A DNA stretch of 64,000 bases from Myxococcota bacterium (GCA_965223415.1 OZ245002.1:352001-416000); one strand, 5' to 3'; numbered from the stretch's first letter, positions 36,598 through 46,346 are shown. Numbers and translations are program-made. The notes: generated from the letters alone by a model not told the origin.

Positions 36598-38012
36598 GGG
36601 CGGGGCGAGCGATCCTCCTGGCCGGCGCGATGGCCCTCGCTGCGCCCGCCGGTGCCGACGACCTGGACGCCGCGTGGAAGAGCTTCGCCCGGAGCCTCGA
36701 GGAGGCGCGTCAGAGCCTCGTCGATCCGGCCTACTTCCCGCCGGCGCCCGGCGACCGTTCCCTGGCGGAGGGTCACCGCTACCTGCTCGGCCACCTGGGC
36801 CGGCTGATCGAAGCGGAGATGCGCCTCGACCCGCGCTTCCCGGAGTTCCACCGCTCCGTCGATATGCTGCGCAAGCACACCGGCGAGAACCCGGACGCCA
36901 TGTACCTGAAGGCGCCGATCGACGCGACCGGGCACTACCGGGTGAGCGGGCGGGCGGCGGACACGTCCGAGTGGCGCACCTCCGAGCGCACGCGGACGTT
37001 CCCGAAGGCACCGCGGCTCGTGACCTTCCAGACCCTCACCGGCGTGCCCGGTGATTCCGGCAGCCTCGAGGAGATGGGTGCCTGCGTCACCCAGACCCTG
37101 GACTTCGTGAACAGCTTCTCCCTCGAGGTGGACGAGGACGGCCGCTTCGAGATCCTGATCGCGCCGACCCGGCCGGAGGGACACGCGGGGAGCTTCCTCG
37201 CCTCGAGGAAGGAGCTTCCCTGCGCGTCGACCGGCGCCCGCGCGGTTCGCGAGGCCCGCTACCTGGCGGTGCGAGAGATCTTCGCCGACTGGGAGAACGA
37301 GCGGCCCCTGGAGCTCGAGATCGTTCGGCTCGAGGCGGAAGGCGACGAGCGCCCACCGATCGACTCCGCGTGGATGGGCGAGCGCCTGGAGACCATCGGC
37401 CGCACCGTCCGCAACCACATCCGCTTCTGGAACCTGCTGATGGAGTTCCCGCTCGAGATGCGACGCGACGCCAACGGCGACGGCCGGCGCAACTTGCCGG
37501 TCAACGGCACGAACGACGCGGCGCCGCCTTTCACTGCGGGCGGGGCCGCGGGCTCGCGGCAGCTCTACGCGAGCGGCGTGTTCGAGATCGGTCCGGACGA
37601 GGCGCTGGTCGTGCGGGTGGAGACGCCGGTCGAGCCCCACTACCTGGGCTTCCAGCTCAACAACCTCTGGATGGAGGGGCCGGACCAGCAGAACTACGTC
37701 AGCAGCCTGTCGGGCCACCAGAATCCGAAGGGGAAAGACGGTGCGCGCACCTACGTGATCGCCCACGAGGATCCGGGCGTGCCCGGGTGGATCGCCACCA
37801 CCGGCCTCGAGAAGGGCTTCCACACGATGCGCTTCGTCTACCGGGAAGACCCGACGGAGGAGGACGTTCCCCGCATCGAGACCCGGCTCGTGCCCGTGGC
37901 GGAGCTCCCTTCCCACCTGCCCGAGGCCACGCGCCGCGTGAGCCCCGAGGCCCGCCGCGGGGAGATCGCGATCCGTCAGGCCCACATCAAGCAGCGCTGG
38001 CGTGCCTACTGA
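36594..38012 (+). CDS. DUF1214-type secreted protein
   Basis: AEGHRYL; GENPDAMY; YVIAHEDPGVPGWIATTG. Confidence 0.75.
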   Translation: MRAGRAILLAGAMALAAPAGADDLDAAWKSFARSLEEARQSLVDPAYFPPAPGDRSLAEGHRYLLGHLGRLIEAEMRLDPRFPEFHRSVDMLRKHTGENPDAMYLKAPIDATGHYRVSGRAADTSEWRTSERTRTFPKAPRLVTFQTLTGVPGDSGSLEEMGACVTQTLDFVNSFSLEVDEDGRFEILIAPTRPEGHAGSFLASRKELPCASTGARAVREARYLAVREIFADWENERPLELEIVRLEAEGDERPPIDSAWMGERLETIGRTVRNHIRFWNLLMEFPLEMRRDANGDGRRNLPVNGTNDAAPPFTAGGAAGSRQLYASGVFEIGPDEALVVRVETPVEPHYLGFQLNNLWMEGPDQQNYVSSLSGHQNPKGKDGARTYVIAHEDPGVPGWIATTGLEKGFHTMRFVYREDPTEEDVPRIETRLVPVAELPSHLPEATRRVSPEARRGEIAIRQAHIKQRWRAY

Positions 38013-38590
38013 GGAGGCACTCCCGCCTCCGCCTGCGCCTCCACCCAGGCATCGAACTCGCCGAGGGCGTTGCCTTCGCCGTCGAAGACCTCCTGGCAGC
38101 TGTCGACGCCGGTGCCCTGGGACACCTGGGCCACCATGAGCTCGGCAGAGCCGGTCTCCTCCCGGTAGATGCGGGCGACGTCGGCGCAGCCCAGGGTGGG
38201 CGAGCCGGCGAAGGTGCAGATCGCGAACACGGCGGGCATGAGCTCGGAGGCTTCGCCATCCGTCAGGGCCGGATCCTCCTCTCCCAGCGCCTCGGCCATG
38301 CCCGCGGCTACGCGCAGGAACACGGCGGAGTCCACGATCATCGCCTGCTCGCAGCCGGCCTCGCGCAGGGCCTCGGCCCCGGGAGCGTCGGCGGCCTCCG
38401 TGAGCGCGGTGAAGCCCTCACGTACCGCCTCGTTCTGCATGACCCAGAAGACGCCGCCCGCACACACCAGCACGAACGCCCCGCCGAGGGCGACCAGCAC
38501 GATGGCGACGGCGCGGAAGGTCCCGCTGCCGCTCCCGCCCCGCGAGTCGATCGGCCCGGGACCCGTGTCGAAGTCGCCGCCCTGGGACAT
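38006..38590 (-). CDS. Single-TM hypothetical protein
   Basis: N-terminal TM; APGAEALREAGC; acidic, 4 Cys in the soluble part. Confidence 0.7.
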   Translation of the reverse strand: MSQGGDFDTGPGPIDSRGGSGSGTFRAVAIVLVALGGAFVLVCAGGVFWVMQNEAVREGFTALTEAADAPGAEALREAGCEQAMIVDSAVFLRVAAGMAEALGEEDPALTDGEASELMPAVFAICTFAGSPTLGCADVARIYREETGSAELMVAQVSQGTGVDSCQEVFDGEGNALGEFDAWVEAQAEAGVPPQ

Positions 38591-39363
38591 CAGAGGAGCC
38601 TCCCGCCGTCGAGCACCAGGGTCTGCCCGGTCACGAAGGAGCTGGCGGCGCTGGCCAGGTAAACGACCGCGCCGGCCATCTCGTCCGCCTGGCCGATGCG
38701 CCCGAGCGCCGCCTCGGCCTCCGATCGCCGGCGGGTCGTGTCGTCCTCCCACAGGGCGCGGGCGAAGTCGGTCTGGATCAGGCCGGGCGCGATGGCGTTC
38801 ACCCGGATGCCATCGGCACCCCAGGTCTTGGCCTGTACCTGCGTGAGCATGATCAGCGCGGCCTTGGAGACCGAGTAGCCGCCGATCACGTCCGAGGCGC
38901 GATAGCCGCCCACGGAGCTGACGTTGACGATCGAGCCTCCCTCGCCGTGCTCGAGCATCGCCTCCCGCGCCAGGTTCGAGAGCAGGTGCACCGCCTTGAC
39001 GTTCGTGTGCATGATCACGTCCCAGGCGCGCTCGTCCAGCTCCTGGATCGGACCGAACACCGGGTTCGTGCCGGCGTTGTTGACCAGGACGTCGACGCGG
39101 CCGAAGCGGGTCCTCGTCTCGTCGACCAGGTTCCGCAGCTCGTCGCTCACCCGCACGTTGGTGGGCACCTCGATCGCCCGGCGGCCGGTGGCCTCCACGG
39201 CCAGGCGCGCTTCCGTGAGGGCCTCGGGCTTGCGGGCGGCGATGGCGACGTCGGCGCCGGCCTCGGCCAGGCCCACCGCGATGGAGCGACCGATCCCGCG
39301 GCTGCCGCCGGTGACGATCGCCACCTTGCCCTGCAGCGAGAAGTCCGCGAGGGGCGGGCTCAT
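38590..39363 (-). CDS. SDR family oxidoreductase
   Basis: TGGSRGIG, NNAG, YSVSK. Confidence 0.93.
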   Translation of the reverse strand: MSPPLADFSLQGKVAIVTGGSRGIGRSIAVGLAEAGADVAIAARKPEALTEARLAVEATGRRAIEVPTNVRVSDELRNLVDETRTRFGRVDVLVNNAGTNPVFGPIQELDERAWDVIMHTNVKAVHLLSNLAREAMLEHGEGGSIVNVSSVGGYRASDVIGGYSVSKAALIMLTQVQAKTWGADGIRVNAIAPGLIQTDFARALWEDDTTRRRSEAEAALGRIGQADEMAGAVVYLASAASSFVTGQTLVLDGGRLL

Positions 39364-40247
39364 CCCATCTCCTTGGCGAAGGTCTCGAGAGCCTCGATGT
39401 GCTGGCGGGGCTCGGTGAAGCCCGGGTCCGGCTCGCCCATGAGCTTCGTGCCCGTGCTCATCGCGCGCATCGAGAGGTGGGTGAGGCCGACCTCCGCCCA
39501 CTTCTTGCGCGCCTCGTGCCAGGCCGCGGGGCCCGCAGCGAGGGACACGATGGTCTCGCAGCCCAGCTCCTCGCCCTCGCGTCCCTCGGCGGCCAGGCAC
39601 TCCCGCCAGGTGCGGGCCAAGCCGAGCATGGTGTCGCTTCCGGCGGCGAAGGTGAACCCGTCGCCCACCCGCGCCGCCCGGCGCACCGCCGCCTTCGCCA
39701 TCCCGCCGAACCAGATCGGAATCGGCCGCCTCGGCAGGGGGAGGAGACCCGCCCGCGGCACCGAATGGAAGCTGCCCCGGTGATCGACCACCGGCTCGCT
39801 CCACAGCCGGCGCAGCAGCTCCACCTGCTCGTCGAGGCGCTGGCCGCGATCGTCGTAGGGGACGCCCAGCGCCTCGTACTCGACCCAGTTCCATCCGGTC
39901 CCCACGCCGAGCCGGAAGCGCCCGCCGGAGAGCAGGTCGAGCTCCGCCGCCTGCTTGGCGACGAGCGCGGTCTGCCGTTGCGGAAGGATGATCACTCCCG
40001 TGGCCAGCTCGATGCGCTCGGTGAGTGCGGCCAGGTAGCCGTACAGCACCATGGGCTCGTGGAAGGGATCCTCCTCGGTGTAGGGGCCCATGAGCCGGGG
40101 CTCGCGGTCAGCGTGCTCGGCACCCAGAACGTGGTCGTAGATCAGGAGGTGGCCGTAGCCGAGCTCCTCGGCGGTCTGGGCGAAGTCGCGGATCACGATC
40201 GGATCGTTGCCGATCTCGCAGGTGGGAAGGACGGCGCCGAGCTTCAT
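39360..40247 (-). CDS. LLM-class (probably F420-dependent) oxidoreductase
   Basis: AEELGY...DHV; PFHEP; ILPQRQTALVAKQAAELD; GVGTGWN..EY. Confidence 0.9.
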   Translation of the reverse strand: MKLGAVLPTCEIGNDPIVIRDFAQTAEELGYGHLLIYDHVLGAEHADREPRLMGPYTEEDPFHEPMVLYGYLAALTERIELATGVIILPQRQTALVAKQAAELDLLSGGRFRLGVGTGWNWVEYEALGVPYDDRGQRLDEQVELLRRLWSEPVVDHRGSFHSVPRAGLLPLPRRPIPIWFGGMAKAAVRRAARVGDGFTFAAGSDTMLGLARTWRECLAAEGREGEELGCETIVSLAAGPAAWHEARKKWAEVGLTHLSMRAMSTGTKLMGEPDPGFTEPRQHIEALETFAKEMG

Positions 40248-40333
40248 GGGGCTCCTTTCGGGAGGCGGGGACGCGATGCGGGTGGGATAAGATGTTCCTT
40301 CCCGTGGCGGGGCGCAAAGCAGGAGGGGAAGGG

Positions 40334-41122
40334 ATGGGCAGGCTCGAAGGCAAGGCGGTGCTCATCACCGGCGCGGGCCAGGGAATCGGCCGCGGCCTCG
40401 CGCGGCGTTTCGCCCGGGAGGGCGCGCGGATCACCCTCGCCGAGTGGAACGGGGAGACCGGGCCGCGGGTCGCGAAGGAGGTCGAGGAGCTCGGAGCCGA
40501 GGCCCACTTCGTCCGGACCGACGTGGGCGTGAAGGAGCAGGTGGAGGCGGCGGTCCAGGCGACGGTGGAGCGCTTCGGCGGCGTCGACGTCCTGGTGAAC
40601 AACGCCTGGAGCGGCGCCCCGATGGCGCGGGTCGAGCAGCGGACGACGGAGGAGATGGAGAACGCGCTCCAGGTGGGCTTCCTCTCGAACTTCTGGTCCA
40701 TGCAGGCGGTGTTCCCCCACATGAAGGCCCGGGGCGGGGGGCGCATCGTCAACTTCTGCTCCCTGAACGGTGTGAACGCCCACATGTACACCGTGCACTA
40801 CAACGCGGCGAAGGAGGCGGTGCGGGCGCTCACCCGGACCGCGGCCCGCGAGTGGGCCCGGCACGGCATCACCTGCAACGTGATCTGCCCGGCGGCCGCC
40901 ACCGAGGCCTACGTCGCGGTGATGAGCCAGAACCCCGAGATGGAGAAGGCGCTCCTCGCCCAGCACCCGATGGGCCGGATGGGCGACCCGGAGGAGGACA
41001 TCGGCGGCGCCGCCCTCTTCCTGGTCTCGGACGACTCCCGCTACGTCACCGGCAACACCCTCTTCGTCGACGGCGGCTCCCACATCAACGGCTCGCCGTG
41101 GGCGCCAGAGCTGCCGGAATGA
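40334..41122 (+). CDS. SDR family oxidoreductase
   Basis: TGAGQGIG, NNA, YNAAK. Confidence 0.93.
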   Translation: MGRLEGKAVLITGAGQGIGRGLARRFAREGARITLAEWNGETGPRVAKEVEELGAEAHFVRTDVGVKEQVEAAVQATVERFGGVDVLVNNAWSGAPMARVEQRTTEEMENALQVGFLSNFWSMQAVFPHMKARGGGRIVNFCSLNGVNAHMYTVHYNAAKEAVRALTRTAAREWARHGITCNVICPAAATEAYVAVMSQNPEMEKALLAQHPMGRMGDPEEDIGGAALFLVSDDSRYVTGNTLFVDGGSHINGSPWAPELPE

Positions 41123-42153
41123 AGCTCGGGCTCGCACTTCCCTGGGCGAACCCTCGGGTGCAGGTGCCCGTCGAACGCGTACGCCTCGCGGAGCGGCTGG
41201 GCTTCGACTCGGTGTGGACCGCAGAGATCTACGGCCAGGACGCGATCACGCCCCTGGCCTTCCTGGCGGCCCAGACCGAGCGCATCCGTCTGGGCACCGC
41301 CGTGATCCAGGCCGCGGCGCGCACGCCGGCCGCCACGGCGCTCGCCATGGCCACCGTCGACCAGCTCGCCGGCGGCGGCCGCGCGATCATCGGCATCGGC
41401 CTCTCGGGCCCGCAGATCGTCGAGGGCTGGTACGGCCAGCCCTGGGGTCGGCCGAACGCGCGGCTGCGGGACTATGTGACGATCCTGCGCAAGATCCTCC
41501 GGCGCGAGGGACCGGTCCTGCACGACGGGTCCGAGATCGCCCTGCCCTACCGGGGCCCGGGGTCGAGCGGGATGGGCAAGCCCCTCAAGTCGGTGCTCCA
41601 CACGAACCCGGACATCCCGATCTACCTGGGCACCGGCCAGGAGGCGAACGTCAAGCTGACGGCGGAGCTCGCCGACGGCTGGCTTCCCATGGGCTACAAC
41701 GCGGAGACCCGTCACGTCTACGACCCGTGGATCGAGGAGGGGCTCGAACGCGCCGGCAAGCGCCGGGAGGACTTCGAGATCCAGGCCGGCTGCCAGGTGA
41801 TCCTCACCGACGACGTGGCTGCGGCCCTGGGGAGCCTGAAGCCCTTCGTGGGGCTCTACGTCGGCGGCATGGGCCACGAGAAGAAGAACTTCCACAAGGA
41901 GATGATGATCCGCCGCGGCTTCCCGGAAGCGGCGGAGCGGATCCAGGAGCTCTTCCTTTCGGGGCGCAAGGCCGAGGCTGTCGCCGCGGTGCCGGACGAG
42001 TACGTGGACCAGGGGGCGCTGGTCGGGCCGAAGGCTCGCATCGCCGAGCGGTTCCGCGAGTGGCAGGACCTGGGTGTCGCCGGTCTCACCCTGCACACGG
42101 AGCAGGACGAGGCGCTCGCGCTGATGGCGGAGCTGGCCGGCTTCCCCCGGTGA
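41119..42153 (+). CDS. LLM-class (probably F420-dependent) oxidoreductase
   Basis: GFDSVWTAEIYGQD; ARTPA; GLSGPQIVEGWYG; YVGGMG. Confidence 0.9.
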   Translation: MKLGLALPWANPRVQVPVERVRLAERLGFDSVWTAEIYGQDAITPLAFLAAQTERIRLGTAVIQAAARTPAATALAMATVDQLAGGGRAIIGIGLSGPQIVEGWYGQPWGRPNARLRDYVTILRKILRREGPVLHDGSEIALPYRGPGSSGMGKPLKSVLHTNPDIPIYLGTGQEANVKLTAELADGWLPMGYNAETRHVYDPWIEEGLERAGKRREDFEIQAGCQVILTDDVAAALGSLKPFVGLYVGGMGHEKKNFHKEMMIRRGFPEAAERIQELFLSGRKAEAVAAVPDEYVDQGALVGPKARIAERFREWQDLGVAGLTLHTEQDEALALMAELAGFPR

Positions 42154-42175
42154 CTAACGTCGCTCTCGGCAGTGC

Positions 42176-42463
42176 CTAGCGTCGCTTGCGGCGATGCCGG
42201 AGGCCCGCCAGGACGAGCCCGGCGCCCAGGCCGAACACGGCGGCGGCTCCGGGCTCGGGAACGGCCGGCGCGGGGGCGGGAGCGGTGGGCGCCGCCGCGA
42301 GTGGACCGGCCGGCTGCGCCTCGGTCACGACGATGCTGCGCCGCGAGCGGCGCTGGACGTCGGAGTCGTCGCAGTCGGCGGCGCCCAGGGGCAGACAGAG
42401 GAGCGCCAGCGCGAGGACCCGAGGGGTCGACGAGCGAGCGGGGGATCTTTCGGAGCGGGGCAT
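42176..42463 (-). CDS. Very small (95 aa) PEP-CTERM protein
   Basis: GAGGAG RBS; signal peptide; VPEPGAAAVFGLGAGLVLAGLRHRRKRR. Confidence 0.85.
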   Translation of the reverse strand: MPRSERSPARSSTPRVLALALLCLPLGAADCDDSDVQRRSRRSIVVTEAQPAGPLAAAPTAPAPAPAVPEPGAAAVFGLGAGLVLAGLRHRRKRR

Positions 42464-42499
42464 GGGGATCTCCTCGCGCGGCCTTGCACCGCGTTGCGC

Positions 42500-42515
42500 T
42501 GCAGGTTCCGTGCCC
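42500..42515 (-). promoter_or_regulatory. Sigma54 -24/-12 promoter
   Basis: Minus strand GGGCACGGAACCTGCA (GG-N10-GC; consensus TGGCACG-N4-TTGCW). Confidence 0.65.
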
Positions 42516-42667
42516 GCGGCCGCGATTTCCGGATTTTGCGCGGTCGTGCGCGAGCCTTGCCGCGACGGTTGCCGCCGTTCTGCCGGAGGGTGAGCCGGAT
42601 GGGAAGGGAAGAGGGCTTCCCACATTGGGCAAGCCGCCACGCCGCCCCGGTTCGTTAGCATCCGGCC

Positions 42668-43297
42668 ATGACCACGCGCGCCGTGCTCTTCGACTTCGGG
42701 GGCGTCTTCACGGACTCTCCCTTCGGCGCCCTCGACGTGCTGGGCGCGAAGCTCGGCGCCGACCCGGCCGTGCTGATGGAGGTGGTCTTCGGCCCGTACC
42801 ACGAAGACACGGATCATCCCTGGCACCGTCTCGAGCGGGGCGAGATCGAGCTGATGCATGCACGGGAGGAGATCCTCGCCTTGGGCCGCGAGCGCGGCGT
42901 GGAGGCGGATCCCTTCCAGCTGTTCGCGGTGATGGGCAGCAGCCAGGGCGCTCGCGAAGCGTTGGTGGGCCGCGTGGAGCGCCTGCGCGCCGGCGAGATC
43001 CGCACCGCCCTCGTCACCAACAACGCCCGGGAGTTCCGCGAGGGCTGGCGGAGCCTCCTGCCCGTGGACGAGCTCTTCGACGTCGTCGTCGACTCGAGCG
43101 AGGTGGGCGTGCGCAAGCCCGACCCGCGCATCTTCCGCCTCACCCTGGAGCGGCTGGGCGGCCTCTCTCCCGCGGAGACCCTCTTTCTCGACGACTTCGA
43201 GAGCAACGTCCGCGCCGCCGAGGCCCTGGGCATCCGCGGCGTGCTCGTCGAGCCCGACCCCACCTCCGCCCTCGCCGCCCTCGACGCCCTCCTCTAG
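42668..43297 (+). CDS. HAD-family phosphatase (epoxide hydrolase N-terminal-like)
   Basis: FDFGGV; TNN; RKPDPRIF; FLDD. Confidence 0.92.
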   Translation: MTTRAVLFDFGGVFTDSPFGALDVLGAKLGADPAVLMEVVFGPYHEDTDHPWHRLERGEIELMHAREEILALGRERGVEADPFQLFAVMGSSQGAREALVGRVERLRAGEIRTALVTNNAREFREGWRSLLPVDELFDVVVDSSEVGVRKPDPRIFRLTLERLGGLSPAETLFLDDFESNVRAAEALGIRGVLVEPDPTSALAALDALL

Positions 43298-43389
43298 AAA
43301 ACGCAAGAGCGGGGACGTTCCTTGCAACTTTCACTTTCGCGGGTATCGAGAACGCAAGTTGCAAGGAACGTCCCCACTCTTGCGGTTTT
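43298..43389. repeat. Long inverted repeat (REP/REPIN- or MITE-like) filling a convergent intergenic gap
   Basis: Arms 43302-43330 and 43356-43384: 29 bp, 1 mismatch, core GGGGACGTTCCTTGCAACTT; 25-nt loop; flanked by AAAA/TTTT. Confidence 0.8.
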
Positions 43390-45059
43390 CAGGGGCTGGG
43401 GGTCTGGGGCGGCCAGTCGCGCTTCATCGGGCTGGTCTTCATCTTCGGGGGGACGCGGCGGCCGGAGAGGATCTCGCGGATCTCGCTGAGGGCCGCGAAG
43501 AGCTCACGGCCGGAGGGCGAGGCAAAGGACTCCGGGGTCTCGAGGCGGAGGGCGGCCCGCTCGAGGCGCCAGAACCCCTCGGTCACGGGGGAGGGCTGGT
43601 CGTCCTGGACGTGGCCGTCCTCGCCCAGACGCTCGGCGTAGGCGCGAAGCTGGCGAAGGGCGTTCTCCCGATCGAGGAGCACCACGTCGAACACGCCCTC
43701 TTCACTGTGGTAGGGGCGCTTCAGGAAGGACTGCCGGAAGCGGTAGCGCCAGCGGCCGATCTCTTCCGGGGTGAAGGAGACCGCCCAGGTGTACTCGCCC
43801 CGATAGATCGCCGGCACCTCGAACCGCTCGCCGCTCGGCGCGGTGAAGAGGAAGGGCACCTCCTGGGTATCCGGCGGCGCCGTCCGAACCCACGTGTCGC
43901 GCACGACGGTTTCGAAGGGCTGGCCGAGCTCGAGAGGGTCCCGAGCCGCCAGCACCCGGACCTCCGCCCAACGCCAGCCGCGCCCGGAGAGATCCAGCGG
44001 ATGCTCCGCCGGTGCCCACCCCGAGGCGCGGTCGCCGTTTCCGCCCCGCACCTGGAGGGTGACCGGGCCCGAGCCCGGCTCGGGCTCGAAGCTCACCGCG
44101 AGGCCCGTGGCGTCGCCGATCTCCAGGCGCGGCAGCCGGAGCTGGCGATCGGCCTCGAGATGCAGCCGACGGCGCTCGGTGCGGGCGGCCGGCGCTTCCC
44201 AGGCGAGCTCGAGCACCGGTCGTCGCGCGACGTTCCGATCGTCGCCGTGGTTGGCGGTGTAGAGATAGAGCAGGCTCCCCGCCACGTCTTCCAGCGCATC
44301 GGAGAGCTTCAGCAGGAAGCGCAGGGGCTCGCGCGCACGCACCTGCTGCTCCACGTAGGCCCGCAGCCCCTCGCCTTCGAAGCGGAGCTCCTCCTGCTCG
44401 GGCTCCCACCGAGCCTCGGACAGGGCCGTCACCGGGGTATCGGCCTGGGGATGGTCCTCGGAGGCGAAGCCCACGCCCGGCAGTCCCCAGGCCCGCTCGG
44501 CGTGACGAGCCTCCACCCACCACACCTCGCCCGGGCGCGGCGGCGAGGTGTTGTCCGCCTGGGTCCCGCCCCCTCCGGGCTCCCAGTCCGGGTTCACCGC
44601 GTACAGCATCACGTCGAGGGGCTGCTCCGGACCGTCCTCGATCCCCAGCACCAGCCCTGCCGAGCGCACCCGGGCGTCCGCGGGCAGTACGATCCCGTCC
44701 CAGCGCTGGAGCGTGCGGAAGAGCTCGGTCTCGCCAAAGCGCCCGCTGGTCGGACGTCGCCCGACCCGGGAGTGGATCTGCCCGGGTTGGTTCCAGCCGT
44801 AGACGAAGCGACCGTCGAGGAAGCCGCGCAGGTCGTTGTCCTCGACGCCCGGGTAGTGCGGCCCCCGCACCCAGCGGTGACGGTGGCCGACGGCATCGCC
44901 TCTCGCGCCCCCGCCGTGGAGCGCGACGCGGAGCGTGCCGCGGGCCGAGGGCATGTCCGGCCACTCCCTTGCCTGGGTCTCCTCCGCCGGCGGCGGCTCG
45001 CAGGCGGCGAGTGTGCACGCCGCCAGGACGGTCAGCAGGGCGATGCGCAGCGCCGGCAC
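43389..45059 (-). CDS. Lipoprotein of unknown function (DNRLRE-like and DUF5060-like segments suspected)
   Basis: Lipobox LAAC; LFRTLQRWD...LPADARVRSA; FTAPSGERFEVPAIY...FTPEEIGRWRY. Confidence 0.7.
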   Translation of the reverse strand: MPALRIALLTVLAACTLAACEPPPAEETQAREWPDMPSARGTLRVALHGGGARGDAVGHRHRWVRGPHYPGVEDNDLRGFLDGRFVYGWNQPGQIHSRVGRRPTSGRFGETELFRTLQRWDGIVLPADARVRSAGLVLGIEDGPEQPLDVMLYAVNPDWEPGGGGTQADNTSPPRPGEVWWVEARHAERAWGLPGVGFASEDHPQADTPVTALSEARWEPEQEELRFEGEGLRAYVEQQVRAREPLRFLLKLSDALEDVAGSLLYLYTANHGDDRNVARRPVLELAWEAPAARTERRRLHLEADRQLRLPRLEIGDATGLAVSFEPEPGSGPVTLQVRGGNGDRASGWAPAEHPLDLSGRGWRWAEVRVLAARDPLELGQPFETVVRDTWVRTAPPDTQEVPFLFTAPSGERFEVPAIYRGEYTWAVSFTPEEIGRWRYRFRQSFLKRPYHSEEGVFDVVLLDRENALRQLRAYAERLGEDGHVQDDQPSPVTEGFWRLERAALRLETPESFASPSGRELFAALSEIREILSGRRVPPKMKTSPMKRDWPPQTPSP

Positions 45060-45060
45060 C

Positions 45061-45855
45061 TCAGTACCCGGGCGTGCCCTTGATCTTCTTGCCCGCCGTG
45101 TTCCCGCTGTCGACGCGGAAGTCCGCCCCGGTGCAGGACAGGCTCTCGTCGGAGGCGAGAAAGAGGATCATCTGCGCGATGTCGCGAACCCGATCTTCGA
45201 CGCTGCGCTCCCGTTGATAGGCGAGGAAGGGATGCGAATACGCCTGGGCGACGGCCGGATCCACGCCTTCGAAGACGTAGGGAGCCATCATCTCCGTGCT
45301 GCCCTGCTCGGGGCAGACCGCGTTCACGCGGATCCCGAAGCGCCCCAGCTCGAGGGCGGCCACCCGGGTGAGGCCGCGCAGCGCCCACTTGCTCGAGGCG
45401 TAGGCGGTCTCGCCGTTCTTCGCCGAGACGCCGTCCACCGAGCAGACGTTCACGATCGAGCCGCCGCGGGCCTCCCGGAGAGCCGGCGCGGCCGCGCGCA
45501 TGCCGAGGAAGGGGCCGATCTGGTTGACGCGGATCACGCGTTCGTAGTCGGCGAGACTCGTCTCCTCGAGAGCGGCCAGTAGCAGGATTCCAGCGTTGTT
45601 CACCAGCACCTGGAGCCCGCCGAAGTGCCCTCGGGTCGCCTCGACGGCCCGCGACCAATCGGCCTCCGAGGTGACGTCGAGGCGCTGGAAGACGGCGGCG
45701 TCCCCGAGCGCCTTCGCGGTCTCGCGCCCGCCTTCCTCGTCGACGTCCGCCACCGCGACCCGGGCCCCCTCTTCCACGAAGAGGCGCGCCGTCATCGCTC
45801 CGGTTCCCCTCGCCGCCCCGGTGACGATCGCGACCTTTCCGTCGAGGCGTCCCAT
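45061..45855 (-). CDS. SDR family oxidoreductase (hydroxysteroid dehydrogenase-like)
   Basis: TGAARGTG, NNAG, YASSK. Confidence 0.92.
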   Translation of the reverse strand: MGRLDGKVAIVTGAARGTGAMTARLFVEEGARVAVADVDEEGGRETAKALGDAAVFQRLDVTSEADWSRAVEATRGHFGGLQVLVNNAGILLLAALEETSLADYERVIRVNQIGPFLGMRAAAPALREARGGSIVNVCSVDGVSAKNGETAYASSKWALRGLTRVAALELGRFGIRVNAVCPEQGSTEMMAPYVFEGVDPAVAQAYSHPFLAYQRERSVEDRVRDIAQMILFLASDESLSCTGADFRVDSGNTAGKKIKGTPGY

Positions 45856-45859
45856 CGGC

Positions 45860-46300
45860 CTAGAAGAGAACGGCGTCGAGGGAGATCGCGCCGGGTCCGG
45901 TCAGGAAGAAGACGAAGCAGATGGCGGCCAGGTTGATCGTGTACTCAGCGCCCGGCGGATCGTTCGTGATCAGGTAGCCGGCGCCCTTGTGGCCCACCAC
46001 GCCAGCCACCGCCATCGTGAAGATCAGGAGCAGACAGGCGGGACGCATCAGGAACCCGGTGGTGAGGGCCAGACCGCCCGCGATCTCGGAGGCCATCGCC
46101 ATGCGGGCCTGGAACTCGGGGGCGGGCATGCCGAGGCTCTTCAGCCAGTCCGCGAAGCCCGCCAGGTTTCCGCTACCGACCACGCCGAGCTTGCCGAGGC
46201 CGTGGACGACGAAGCACACGCCGATGAAGGCCCGCGCGATGAAGAGCCCGAGATCGATCAGGCCGGGCGTCGTCGAGGTGAGTAGCGGGCCTAGGTCCAT
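45860..46300 (-). CDS. DoxX family membrane protein
   Basis: HGLGKL; EIAGG; GAEY; GPGAISLD; AGGGAGG RBS. Confidence 0.9.
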   Translation of the reverse strand: MDLGPLLTSTTPGLIDLGLFIARAFIGVCFVVHGLGKLGVVGSGNLAGFADWLKSLGMPAPEFQARMAMASEIAGGLALTTGFLMRPACLLLIFTMAVAGVVGHKGAGYLITNDPPGAEYTINLAAICFVFFLTGPGAISLDAVLF

Positions 46301-46346
46301 CGGCATCCTCCCTGGGCCACATGTTCTACCACAGCCCCGGTCCGGG

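Noticed and set aside
42600..42624. GGGAA...TTCCCAC as a fourth DUF6502-type operator
   Set aside because: The spacer is 6 nt rather than 3 and the left half-site is incomplete.
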